Source of the DNA: Tubiluchus corallicola
Lineage: Eukaryota > Animalia > Priapulida
Direction of reading: 5' to 3'
Length of the DNA stretch: 64,000 nt
NCBI GenBank assembly: GCA_030141605.1
Contig: JAQGDQ010000429.1
Coordinates: 124,001-188,000 of the forward strand
This document shows positions 45,836-58,000 of this stretch, piece after piece. Within the stretch, counting starts at the first letter, position 1. Each line of letters starts with the position of its first letter. Made by a program: the position numbers and the translations under genes. The notes under the pieces are model-generated. The model made no database searches and was not told the origin of the DNA. It saw nothing but the letters and a program-made list of their open reading frames with translations.

Positions 45836-48066
45836 TCAAAATTTCAGTTTCCAAATTTTTCTGGGGGCAAAGTCAGTTATAATTTCTGAAAAGTCCATTT
45901 TTTTCAACATATCTGACTAAATATGCATCAGTGATAAATTGTTTAATTTGTCATCCTTTAGAGATGACCGTAATTAAGTTTTTACCCTTTTCAGAGCAGA
46001 GAATGATCGTTCCCCACTGCAGTTTCAAACCATCATACACAAGTACATTCTAACACATATGTAAACATTTGGGAACAGTGACAGAAGGTTATTGGAAACA
46101 ATTTGCCGATACATCTGTAGTTCAATGCTGCCGTTGCAAGTTTGGTCACATTTCTGGATAAACGACTGGAAGTGTACTAACTCTTCTACAAAAGATGTCT
46201 CTAAATCGTTAGGATACGTGTCCAAAAGATTTCGAGCAGCTTGGCGCAGTTGGTTCAGTGTCAAAATGTCAGACAGAAACCCAAATTTGGAGCAAACGTT
46301 ATCATATGCACTAATGCGTTTATCTAAGGCAGCACATAGTTGATCTATGATAGAAAGAAAGACATTTACACGGAATGAATCACGAGGGCTGAACTCAGTT
46401 TCACCAGCAGCTCCATCATTTCGTCTCAGTTTCTCGCTTCTCTTTCGTTTTCTTGTCATTTCTTCTTCGTAATTGATTTGATTTGATTTGACTTGCCTCT
46501 TTTTTCAAATGAGTCAAACTCTTCTCGTTGGGATGAAACAAAGTCCTTCAATGACTGAAGTAGTTTGATAGCTGTATTCAAATTCAATGATGCACTTTGA
46601 AGTTTCTTACTTGTGTCATGAAATCGTTTTAGTAACACTGACCAAATTGATATTAATATACCGAACTCCAATTTTTCCATTTTTTGTGAAAGACATTTAG
46701 CCTGTCTTCGAGCATCAGCCTTCTCATCAGAATCATTAGACATTTTATCAAGACATTCAAGAATTTCAGAGTAGCCCTCACCAAGAGCATGTACAGCAGA
46801 CGAATGAGCAGACCATCTTGTATCTGAGAGACGTTTGACAACAGGTAAATTCTTCTTGCTTAATTCGGCCACTAATAATCCCCAGCGATGTGTGGAGGCA
46901 CTGAAAAATGTATATAGATTTTGAACAAAGTCAAAAAACTGACAGACTAGAAGCATACAGTCAACTGCTGACTGTCCTGCCAGGTTTAGTGAATGAGCGA
47001 AACATGGTACATAGAATGCTGTGTTGCTTTCCTTGCATATGAGTGCTTGGACACCATTATATTTCCCACTCGTATTGCTCGCGTTATCGTATGATTGTCC
47101 TCTACAATTTGAGATATGAAGTTCATTTTCTTCCAGGAATGCAAATAAACTTTCCGTGAGGTCCTTGGCTGAATGTCCATGCATGTCTAGGAATTTAACG
47201 AATCTTTCCACTGGACCATCCTCTCCAAGATACCGAAATATTAAAGTCAATTTGTCAGTGTGAGAGACATCTGGTGTTGAGTCCATTGATATTGAAAAGT
47301 ACTTCGCCTTCTTAATTTCTGCAGTAATACATTTCAGTAGCTTCTGTCCCATTATTTCAATTATTTCGTCGCAAATAGTAGATGACATATACGAAACAGA
47401 ACCTCTACCTCGTCCACCATAAGTTTCTATATGCCTTGAAAGAAAGGGATCGAATTTGGCCAGTAATTCCAGTGTCCCCAGAAAGTTTCCATTAGAAGGA
47501 GAGTTTAACAGCTCATCATGTCCACGGAATGGCAAGCCACGCTCAGCTAGGAATGCTATGGTTGCTACAATTCTTTCCAGGACTGACCTTGCATATGCTT
47601 GCTCCGCTTTCTCTTGTTTTATGAGTTCACTGTCAATTCTACCAGCGTCTTTGGCACGTGTGATCAATTTGACACCTGCTGTGCGATGTTCAGAACTGTT
47701 TTCATGTTTTTCAATATGACTATTTGCATTTTTCCAATCACTGTATCCTTGAATGAATGTATTTGTCCGATCCTGACAAAATATTGTGCAAATGAAACAG
47801 AAGACACAACGTGTGCTGGGAGAGTAGCAAAGCCATGACCGGTCTATTTCTTCACCATTTACAGAATGAATTCGTGCGAAGAGAGACTTTGTAAAATATC
47901 TTTTCTGCTTGTTGTCTATTTTTTCCGATTTATTGAAATTAGCATGTTTATTTTGAAACTTAGAACTTGGTTGTCGCAGTAAAACATCTATCTGTGGATC
48001 CGAAAGTTTTGGCCAGAGCGCAATATCCAATGGAAACTGTATTTCCTGATGATTGTTGTCTTCCAT
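45836..48066 (-). pseudogene. hAT transposase pseudogene
   Basis: ORF 48066-46456 has a TTF-type Zn finger (RSWLCYS...FCFIC...W...HE.S.EH), RGHDE..NGNFLG, DSTPD, YDNA, CFAHSLNL and TRWS. It is frameshifted into ORF 46459-46025, followed by the dimerization domain *NCSGERSFSALKRVKT*LRSSL...HI*SD with three in-frame stops, ending at 45836. Confidence 0.92.
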
Positions 48067-49199
48067 TGATTCATCACAGATAGTTACTAATAAGTATAAG
48101 AAATTAGTAAGAAACTAAAGTTACTTTCAGAGTTTCTGATTGGCTTATTTTAGTTGACATCTAACCCAGAAACTCACCAAGCTGTAATCGTGTTTATATA
48201 GTCCTAGTCCACAAGATATAATTTTTATCACAATCGGTGGGCAAAAACTCACAAAATTAAACAAACTTACAAACGACGAGAGCTCCACAAAAACACGTCA
48301 GCTCAGCAGTGTAGCAACATTTAAAAGGCCCGTTCCAAGCTCAAGCCTAAGGCCCATAAAATCATAATCCGCCGCTGAGTACAGGTAACAATTTGTGTTG
48401 CAAACAACAATTTCTGTTCCACCTGTAATTTTGAACAGGAAAAGTTTCCAGGCATGCACAATAATTAACCCAATGATAACCAACTTTTAATCGTTGCAGT
48501 TAAATAGTGATTGCTTTGAGACTTGCTTCTGTGTAGTGGTTGTGGGGAATTATTACTGAAAGCAGGTATATGCCAGAATTCAATTGCTCCTGCCGAAATA
48601 AATTATATTGAATTCAGATTTTGAGTAATTTAAGCATTTCTGAAAGTGCTAGTTTTAATAAACCCAGAGCAAAAGCATATCTCAGTTACACAAACCGAGG
48701 TTCCCTAGTCAATGTTCTGTGCGAATAATAAAAAACCAGATTGACGACATTTTGGGATTAAAACCTAGATTTTTGTCCAAAACCTAGTTTTGGTATATTG
48801 TTTCAGGATTATGAGCCTAGACCTGAATTTATCCTCTGGTTTCAGTAACAAACTGATGTCAGAAAGTTCCAACTACCATTTAATGCAGTCCTTCCTCTTT
48901 TGTTGTCCTGCAACAGGGCAAGCATCAAGAGAGGCTCTAAGTTCCAGTACCATTTACAAAGATTGTGGTTCCATAGATTCTTCCTCTATTGGCCTTCAAC
49001 TATGATAAGCATAAGAGGACATTTTCTCTAATCTACCTTCGAAAATATTGAATTTTAGTTTTTATTTAAAGAAAATAAGTGAATTTAACAAATTCCAGAA
49101 ATGTAATTCGCTGCAACTGCAATCACGTGACTTCGAATTACCCAAAAATCCAGATCGAACAACAAGTAATGGCATCTCCCTGTACAGGTTGTTATTATT

Positions 49200-51515
49200 A
49201 TAGTGAAATTTTTTTCCAAAGTCAGCTAAATTCCAGATTAAAATCTAGCAAAAAGGTATGGAAGCGCAAATGAGTTGGAAGCAATAGCCAACTCACCACA
49301 CTCCCCCTTTCTTAGACACATCCCCTGCCCTCAGGTGATTCAGTTAATTTTGGGACACCCTGTACAGAGGAAAACAGTCTTTTTGTCTTAAAACAAGTTT
49401 ACCCCACATAAAACTTCAAAGACAGAAACAGATTTTGTGATAATTATTGAAATATAACCATCTGAAAATATTGAGTACAAATTTAAGCATGATTAATAAA
49501 TGATTAACAAAACTTTCCTAAATGAAATTACCTGAGATACACAAGCAAATCCTGGCTCTTTGTTAGCCATACAAAACAATATATTGTACCAACATAAACC
49601 AAGCTGATGATAACATTTGTCTATGCAACATTATGAGTTATTGTAAAAAAGCATTACAAAATAAGCCGAGTGCTGTCAAATGATCGGTAATACAATTCTG
49701 ATGCACAAATACAAGTCTATCGTTCATGAGCATCACTTGAATAAACAAGTATTTCACGAGTATAAAAGTCTATTTTTCACATTTTTCTTTTTTCCTTTAT
49801 TCATCTGAATCGGAATCTGATACTGCGAGGTCATAAGCCAATCTGTGGCCTTGCTCTTTCCGTTCATCTCCCTTTGTGGAACCCTGCTGGTGGTGGAGTA
49901 GGACATGAGACCAAATCTTATTCCTGGTTTGTGGAAGGTTTTATAGTTGGTTACTCTGCATCATGGGGTTTAAGCTTCTTATCACAAAGATCACCCACGA
50001 AGGAGGAAAAAACTGAGGTTAGCGATGATGTTGACGAACTTCGCCGCCTGTATTTCCTTGCATCTTTCTTATACTTTTTGTTAACTTTCTCTAATCGCTC
50101 GATCTTTTTCTTCAACTTCTCTCTCTTCTCCATACACTGATTCTCATCATCAACAGTCAAATCTGCAATATGGCGCGCCTTTTTTCTGCTTTTTCTTTCT
50201 CCAGCTCGCACATTTCTATTCTAGGTGCGATCTCAACTGCACTAGTCTACTTACGTGGAATGCAGGCGCTCTATCTATCTATCACACCTTCTGGTCGGGT
50301 GGGCATTTCTGAAGGCCATGGATGTGTTGGTGTTCTTAAACAGGGGTCTTTAGCTGATGACACTCCAGGAGCTCAAAACGGTCTTAGTGGGCTATAGGAA
50401 GCTCCACTTTGCCTCCGCGGGAGGTTGTAGTCATTGTTTCTATTGAAGAATTTCTACCTGTGTGGAACTTGGACCAATACCAATTAAGCAGTTTCATTTT
50501 TTCGGTCTTGTAGTTGCACTTCCTGCAGTGAAAGGTCACTATGGAAAAACAAAAAAGGTACTTATCAGTGAACCATAAACTTAAACTTTTCTTTTCAAAG
50601 AAATACATTCCTAGTTAAACTGTCCTATGTTCAGCCTGGAACATTTCCCATTTTTGTGTACTGGTGGATACATCTTTTTCTTTATCGACAAATGCTCAGA
50701 GCCAAATAAAGACAGGTAATTTTTGATTAAAACAAATTTTATTGAACTAAAAAACTAGTTTCTAAAGATCTAATCACTGAGGAGGCTTAATCAGCCCTTT
50801 CGCTCTGTAAGCTGTTCCGAAACAAGCAACTGATTGTTATTTACTCATGTGTGATGTTTTTTTATGAGCCACATCTTTGGTGTTTCCTTTGTCCAGTGGC
50901 ACACAATTATTATTGTCAAGAAACAAATCCTCCTGTACAATTTCTTCATCAAGTGCCTGATCTTCAAGGTTATCAGAAAAGTGATCCATTTGTACTTCTA
51001 CCTTATTCTTGGTCCAATCCCCTGGCAATTTCTCAGCATGATATTGCTTCAAGTTATCTATGTGCACCGCCATGCATGATGAACTTGTGGACTTCTGTAA
51101 TTTGAAAAGCACTTCGCTGATTTTCTGTACCACCAAGAATGAGCCTTGCCATCCTCGACCGAGTTTTCTCCTAGTAGCAGGCAGGCACCAATACCACACC
51201 CAGCTACCATTTTTGATTTCCAGTGACTTCAACTTGTTGTTATATCCTCATTTTTGTCTATCTGCAGCTTTGTGCACAGAATGTCAGGCATATTCATATG
51301 CCTCCTCTGTCACACTCCGCACCCACTCTACATATTCGTGTGTACTTTGAACCAGAGGTATAAAGTGAGGTGGGACTCGCACCGTAATATCTAGTGGAAT
51401 AAAATTCTCTCTTGAAAAACATAAGATTTGGAGAACAACTCATAGATGTTTGAGCCGCTGCAAGATAAGCCATCATTACATACGGTAGGTGCACCATCAC
51501 TATCATGATCATCAC
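49200..51515 (-). mobile_element. Ty3/Gypsy LTR retrotransposon 3' remnant
   Basis: Integrase C-terminal fragments LPYVMMAY....SPNLMFF.RE (51294-51515) and GPY/F-type VWYW...RKLGRGWQGSFLVV...VHIDNLK.Y (50837-51232). Polypurine tract AAGAAAGGGGGAG (49313-49301, minus) is immediately followed by TGTGG, a typical 3' LTR start; the LTR end is not defined. Confidence 0.75.
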
Positions 51516-51554
51516 TGGGTAATGTGGTGGGTTGTTGTGAAGTGGTATGGTATA

Positions 51555-53911
51555 CAGGGCCTATTTCAGCCTAAGCGAGGCCCAGGGAAGTGGGGGGCGT
51601 GTGTGGCCCCCTCGGGGGGGGGGGGCGAAACGCAGCATGGTTGGTGCCCAGAATTTTTGAACTGCTAGAATGCCGGAGAAGCATTTTTGAAGAGAAAATA
51701 TGGGGTTATACAGTTGTTAAAGGAAAGAACAATTGAAAGAAAAACTGCTTTACTATCAAGACCAGACCTTAATACTTATTAAATAGTCAAATCAAAAACA
51801 ACATCCTTGCAATATGTAATACTGTACTCTCATTTCCGTACAAACCATCTTCTGACTTTTTGTTTTGCAAAGTTATCAATTAACTCTTTAAGATCAAGGC
51901 CTCTTACTACATCTACATTCATTTGAATAATTGACAGACTGTTTAACCAATCCTGGGTCATTGTCGAACGATTGTCAGTTTTGATATTTTTTAACGCACT
52001 GAAAGAGCGTTCACCAGACGAAACGGAAACTGGCATTGATAAGAAAATGAGAAGTGCGGCTACAATATTTGGGTAGACTTTGACTAGTTTCATTGCAATA
52101 ATTCGGTCCAACAATTTTTTGGCGTCGTACAGTCTTTAAAATGCTCAGCAAAAATACGATTCAAAAAGCACGTTTCATCTACAACATCTTTAGACACATG
52201 TTTTGAATACTTTTTTGGAAATTTGTGGCAATGGTTCTGAGATCGCTCTCCTCAAGAATATGAAATTTCCACAAAAAAACTGAACGTCTCACAAATTTGA
52301 TCTAAAGCTTGAAACCGCTAGCTTAAAGCTAGGCCACCTAAAACTGAATCTAAAAACACGTTAACTTTGAACTTCTGCTCAGCATCTTCAGCGGACAATT
52401 TTCTTGTCGTTGCAAAACTGCATGGTAATTCTAAGCTGCTCGCGACATTCTTACATTCCTCGAGCATGGTGTCCCACTTATCTGGCAACTGCTTGACACT
52501 TTCAACCAGAGACTGAATACAGTTGCTCTCGAAATCAATGGTTGCTGCTGGAGGCTGAATCAGTAAATTTGTCTCATGTACAATTGACAATAGCTTCAAC
52601 CATATGGACACCATCAACAGGCCCTCGAAAGTTGAGAAGTATTGCTCGAGACCGGAAAGTGTAGCTCGAACTTCAGAAGTAAGGTTCAGTTTGTGTGCAT
52701 CTGCCATTGCTGTCTTCGCGTCACCAAGATGCCGTGCTATTGGTCGCACAGCTTCAATTCTAGCACTCCAACGGGTTTGAGATGTGCTGTGCAATGAAAT
52801 ACCATCAGTGTGTGCTGTCAGAATCTTCCATCTCTGTGGGCTATTTGAGAAGAAATTGTACAACTGTTGTGCAGCACTAAAGAATGTTATGGCTTCCCTG
52901 CAGCACTGTGCAGCATCCACACCTACAAGATTTAGAGAGTGGTTGCCGCAGGGGGAATACAGAGCATTGTCATTACTCTCAAGTAATGCGGCTTGGACGC
53001 CATTGTAGGTTCCAGACATATTGGATCCATTGTCGTACCCCTGTCCAATGCATAAGTTCCAGTCTAACCTGACAATAAACAAGAACAAAATTTTAAGTGT
53101 GCAGGGTGAATTATCAAAATTTTTTCAAGGTTATTGAAAGTTCACCTGAGATTCTCAAGAATTTCCAGGATGCGTGCAGCAATTTGTCATCCGGTTTTCT
53201 CAGTGAAGTTGTCAAACTGAATGAACTTTTCTTGGATAGCGACGTCCCCACTGTCATCGTCCATTTTCAAAAACTTCACGACCACGGTAGTTTGTTCCTC
53301 ATGAGACACATCAGTGTTGCATCAACAATCAATGAATATTACCTTGCTTCTTGAATATATTCAAGCAGTTTCTGTTGCACAAACGATCAACATAGACCGA
53401 TGTATTTTGCATTGTTGTAGACAGGTAGTGTACATGTAGCTTCTTTCCTTTCTGCTGTGATTCTTTGGCTCTCTCAACATGTTGCCAGAGCACACTGTCG
53501 TAACGACCAAGAAGCTCAATCAGTCCCAGGAAGTTTCCATTATTTGGATCACCAATACGGTGTCTCTTACCCAAAAACCTGGTATCTGCTTACATTTAGT
53601 TCCTCTGACTGCAGTTCTTTGTGCAACATGTCAACAACTGTTGAATGTGTCTTCAACATGTGCTGGGAGTCTCTCCAATTTACATAATTCTGCTTGTGTA
53701 CTATGCTGTTCTCGTGAGCAGGAATTCGATCATACAATTTGTTCCACCCTCTGCTGATATTGTAGCCAGTTGATGCAAATACTGGGTACATTGGAACCTT
53801 AAACACCAGACATGAGATAACACGGTGCACAAAAAAGGAGGTACAGTACACTATTTCGCTGCTGATACTAGCAAAGCTATTTCTGGATGATAGCAAGACA
53901 TATGACAACAT
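51555..53911 (-). mobile_element. Second degraded hAT transposon (ZMYM1-like transposase pseudogene)
   Basis: End CAGGGCC.. at 51555. Minus-strand fragments: HENSIVH, GDPNNGNFLGLIELLGRYD, GQGYDNGSNMSG..CGNHSLNL, TRWSAR, SSGERSFSALK.IK..RSTM. Multiple frameshifts; the other terminus was not found. Confidence 0.88.
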
Positions 53912-55034
53912 GGAGAATTATTGCCTGTCTAGCACGTCAGTTTTGTAGACCACGCATTCACATTGCTCGGTTAATAATGTTAATACTAAGTAACTGTCCC
54001 AGGTTTCGGCACCAAATATAATGACCTAGTTTTCAATTGACACACGTAAATGTTAATAATAATGAAAATGTTAAATGAACACTTCATTTTATTTCTTTGT
54101 ACGCAAAAAGAACCTCATTGTTCATCTGCTCCATTGTCTTCACAACAATATTTGTGCATTCAATTCAATTCAATAGTTTGGCTGATTTGAAACACAAAAC
54201 ATTAAGCTATATACATAATGATAATAACAATACAATATTGAGAACAGGTAAGGTTTGAAATTGTACAAATCAGCTTCAAGGAGTGTAGGAGCGCGAGCTT
54301 TCGAGTCTCACCCCGAGACTGCACAAACATGCATGGTGCAGACAGAGAAATACATGCAACAGCTCAAAGTTAAAACAATATTCAACTATAAAAACAATGA
54401 TAATTACATGATAATACATGCATTCTATGAAAATTAAATTCAAAAAAAGTTTTATTGTACATTCGCTGGACACTCGTGGAATCCACAACAAGGTCACTGC
54501 TGCAGCTTCTGAGTGGGAAGGACCAGGCACGTGATTAAACATCATCAAGCCTAGGGGTGTTTCTTTCCTAGTCACGCCTAGTAGATTCACCTTTGCACCA
54601 TCTTACTGGTGCAAATACTAAGAAAACGTTATTCTCTTCTTTTAATACTATATGCACTACAAAGATAAAACCAATTAGGTTACAAAAACATAAATTGGCA
54701 TCCTCTTGGGTTTAAAACTTATAATTAATAGTTGTAATAATTATGTTTACGTTGTTAATGGATTTTGCTTTGCAACAGAAATAGTTACAATATTGGAATC
54801 CCCTGTTCGGCTTCATTTGACTGTGCTTAAGAATCTAAATCTAATATGAGGGAAACTGAAAGGTAACTAAGTGCATAAAAACAAGCGAACCTGTAAAAGA
54901 AACTAACTTGAATTGAAACAAGTGAAGTATGCAAACGCTTTTTCAATTTCTCATGGCGACGGAAGTTATTTGGTGTTTTCATTTTAAAACCAATTAAATT
55001 ATTAACCTGACTGATAATTTAGAATAAAGTAAAA

Positions 55035-58000
55035 ATGCCGGGACCTTTTCGCGAGTGGCCTTTGGACTGCAAGGTGTATGTGGGTGATTTAGGTGATAAC
55101 GCAACCGAACACGAGCTAGATTCAGCTTTTAGCAAATATGGACGTTTGCGTAATATCTGGATTGCAAGGAGACCACCAGGGTTTGCATTTATCGAATTCG
55201 AAGATCCGAGAGATGCTGAAGATTCATGCAGAGGACTTGATGGAACGTTAGTGATTTGTCCCATAACACATAAATGTTAATCAGTTGTATATGTGTTGTA
55301 ATTTAAACCTAAAGTCTAAACATTATCGAAGCGTTGGCGCTAAAATTGTAGCTTAAAAACTACAAAGCGAAGTGGGCTAATAGCACCTTTCATTTGGGTA
55401 TTAGCATTCAGCAGGTATTAGCACGCGTTTATTGGGCGCCATTTAATACACTATTTTATTTCTTGAAGACACCACTATCTTATTCCTTGAAGAAATCACT
55501 AATTTGTTGTTTTCCTTGAAGCAATCACTAATTTACTGTTTTACGTTCTTACATGCAAAATTTGCAACGAAGTCATTTAAACTTTGCACAGTAAATTGAA
55601 TATGTGGCTAAACATATTGACTAATTTAAACTACTTTAATGTTTAAGCTAAACTGTGACATAAAGTTGCGTCTGCATGATAAATTTACATGCATTACGCT
55701 TTGACACATTATGGTTGTAAAAAACATAGCTGTGATTACCGATGAAGGGGTGAAGAGTGTCTAGAGCCTAGATAAGGCAGGCCACTGCAGAAATCGTACT
55801 AAAAGTGTATTGAAATTATATTGGTGGGAGTTTGGGAAAACATCGTATAATTGTAATAACGAGTTTCGTAGTAACAATACGTGATTATATAGGTTTTATT
55901 ACAAGCTTGGCAGGGACATAATAAAATCGTCGTACTACCAAAAGTTTTGTTATTAAGTTTTGAAATTATATTGGTGGACTTTGGGACAACGTCGTATAAA
56001 TGGCGTTTTCGTACTAACAAGTTTCGTTGTACCCATACGTGATTATATAGGTTTTATTATAAGCTTGGCAGGGACATAATAAAATTGTCGTACTACCAAA
56101 AGTTTAGTTATAAGCCGAATCGTATTATCGGGATTCGACTGTAGGAGGTTTTATATCAACAATAAACTAACTAATAATTAGTTTTAAATAAAAAATGTTT
56201 TGCATTTATTCCGCTATTCAATTAGACAATTGGTGTAATCTTTTCGTAAAATAAGTGCCACCTGGGAGTTCAGTAAATAAAAAACACAAGCCAGAAATAC
56301 AGAATCACTGACCAGAGTCGTAGAACAGAGTAGGACACAACAGGACCTAACGACAATCCGAACAGGACTCTGTGACTTACGGCCCAGAAAAACTTTGTTG
56401 TCCGGACAAGTTTTTTTAATTAGACGCTATAGTACAAAAACATGGTTTACCTAAACTACTATAGAATTATATAGTCTTCTTGTAAAAAAAAACATAATAA
56501 TGAGTTATTATTCTGCTTATTCTCATTATCTTTATTTAGGAGGCTTTGTGGTAGTCGTGTGAGGGTTGAAATGTCTTCTGGACGAAGTCGTCGTGGCGGA
56601 CGTAGAGGACCTCCAGGACCATCATACAGAAGTGAGCGCTATTACCCTGATGACAGGTCGGCAATTTTTAACAAATTTCTAATAGAATATTTAATTTAAA
56701 GATGTTTCATGTTTGGTTACATGAATGTTTTAAAACATGTAGCATTTATAGCTACAAAACTGTATTTAACCGTCTGGGAAACGAATCCATGAATAATGTT
56801 AAACTATTGCGGCTTTTTAATATAAGTGAATAGAATTTAATAGATTAAAACTAAAATTCCTTACTTTTCTTCTCACTCTTTCTTTCACTTTTATTTTGTG
56901 CAGTTGAACACTACACAGACATTATTAGTCTCCTATAGTTTATTAAATCGAAAAGTTTCTCATTTCTTGCAATAAGTTATCGCTTAATGATTTTAGTATG
57001 TGTTTTAAAAGCAAAAGTGAAATGCCACTAAATAATTCATGCTTTCATATAATGTAATAGCTTCTCAGGAAGATGCTTCAGTTTAAGGATGTAATTGATA
57101 ATGATACATGTTATCAGAAATGATACAATAATTATCAGTTATCTCGTCAATACGAAAAACTTTTTTTTCATTATTGTGTAGATGGTAATTTTGAACTACC
57201 ATTACTGTATTTGCAATCTTGATCACTGTTTATTGTTCCTCCTACATGGAACCCGCCAGATATTACTTAGTTGTCTTGTAATGATTCTTCAGGATTCGGT
57301 GTTACTTTTGAAAGCGATACCCCAATTATGAGCAGCTTACATATTTATGACAGGAGATTTCTTCTTCATTTGTATTGTGTGTATTAATTGGGAAGTAGCC
57401 TCAGAAAATACTGTATTACCTTACACCAAGATACCTTGCATGCAATCAAAACTTCCACAGCAATACATATAATTATATCACGAGTCTTATCCTTTCAAAT
57501 GATTTTTCATAATAACAGTTCGTACTGCATTAATTATCGTATCATGTTGTGTCTCTAAATTTTTATTGTATAACTTCCCTTTTAGTGGCAGTTCATTGGC
57601 AAGCACCTTTTTTACAACAAACTAAATGTTGTGAATACAAATATGTATATAAAAGTTTAATGTAAAAAGTAACTAAATGATAATAACAATACAGTTAGAG
57701 AATATATATATATATATATATATGTATTATCTTTTATATATATATATATGTGTGTCTTGCGAAACAAAGTACCTTTTTGAAAGCGTTCTGCAAATTTATA
57801 TACCTTTCTAATGTCGTATAGCAAACTTCTTTAAAGTGACATACTTGTTTTTTAGTTATATAAGTATTTGAGCCTGTGTATTGCATGGTAATTAATGCCC
57901 ATATACCACTTTCAGGATTTTATAACATCAACCCCTCACCCCTACCAGCTACACTTCATTAGGGATCACTTGACCCATCTCCAGTCAATCAACATTGGGC

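Larger units (their letters stand above)
45547..48377 (-). mobile_element. hAT DNA transposon (ZMYM1/THAP12-like transposase, DUF4371 type), inactivated
   Basis: Right TIR AATCCGCCGCTG (ends 48377), degenerate left TIR CTGTAGCGGATA (45547), subterminal TAGGCT/AGCCTAAGGCCC motifs; contains the transposase pseudogene. No TSD detected. Confidence 0.85.
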
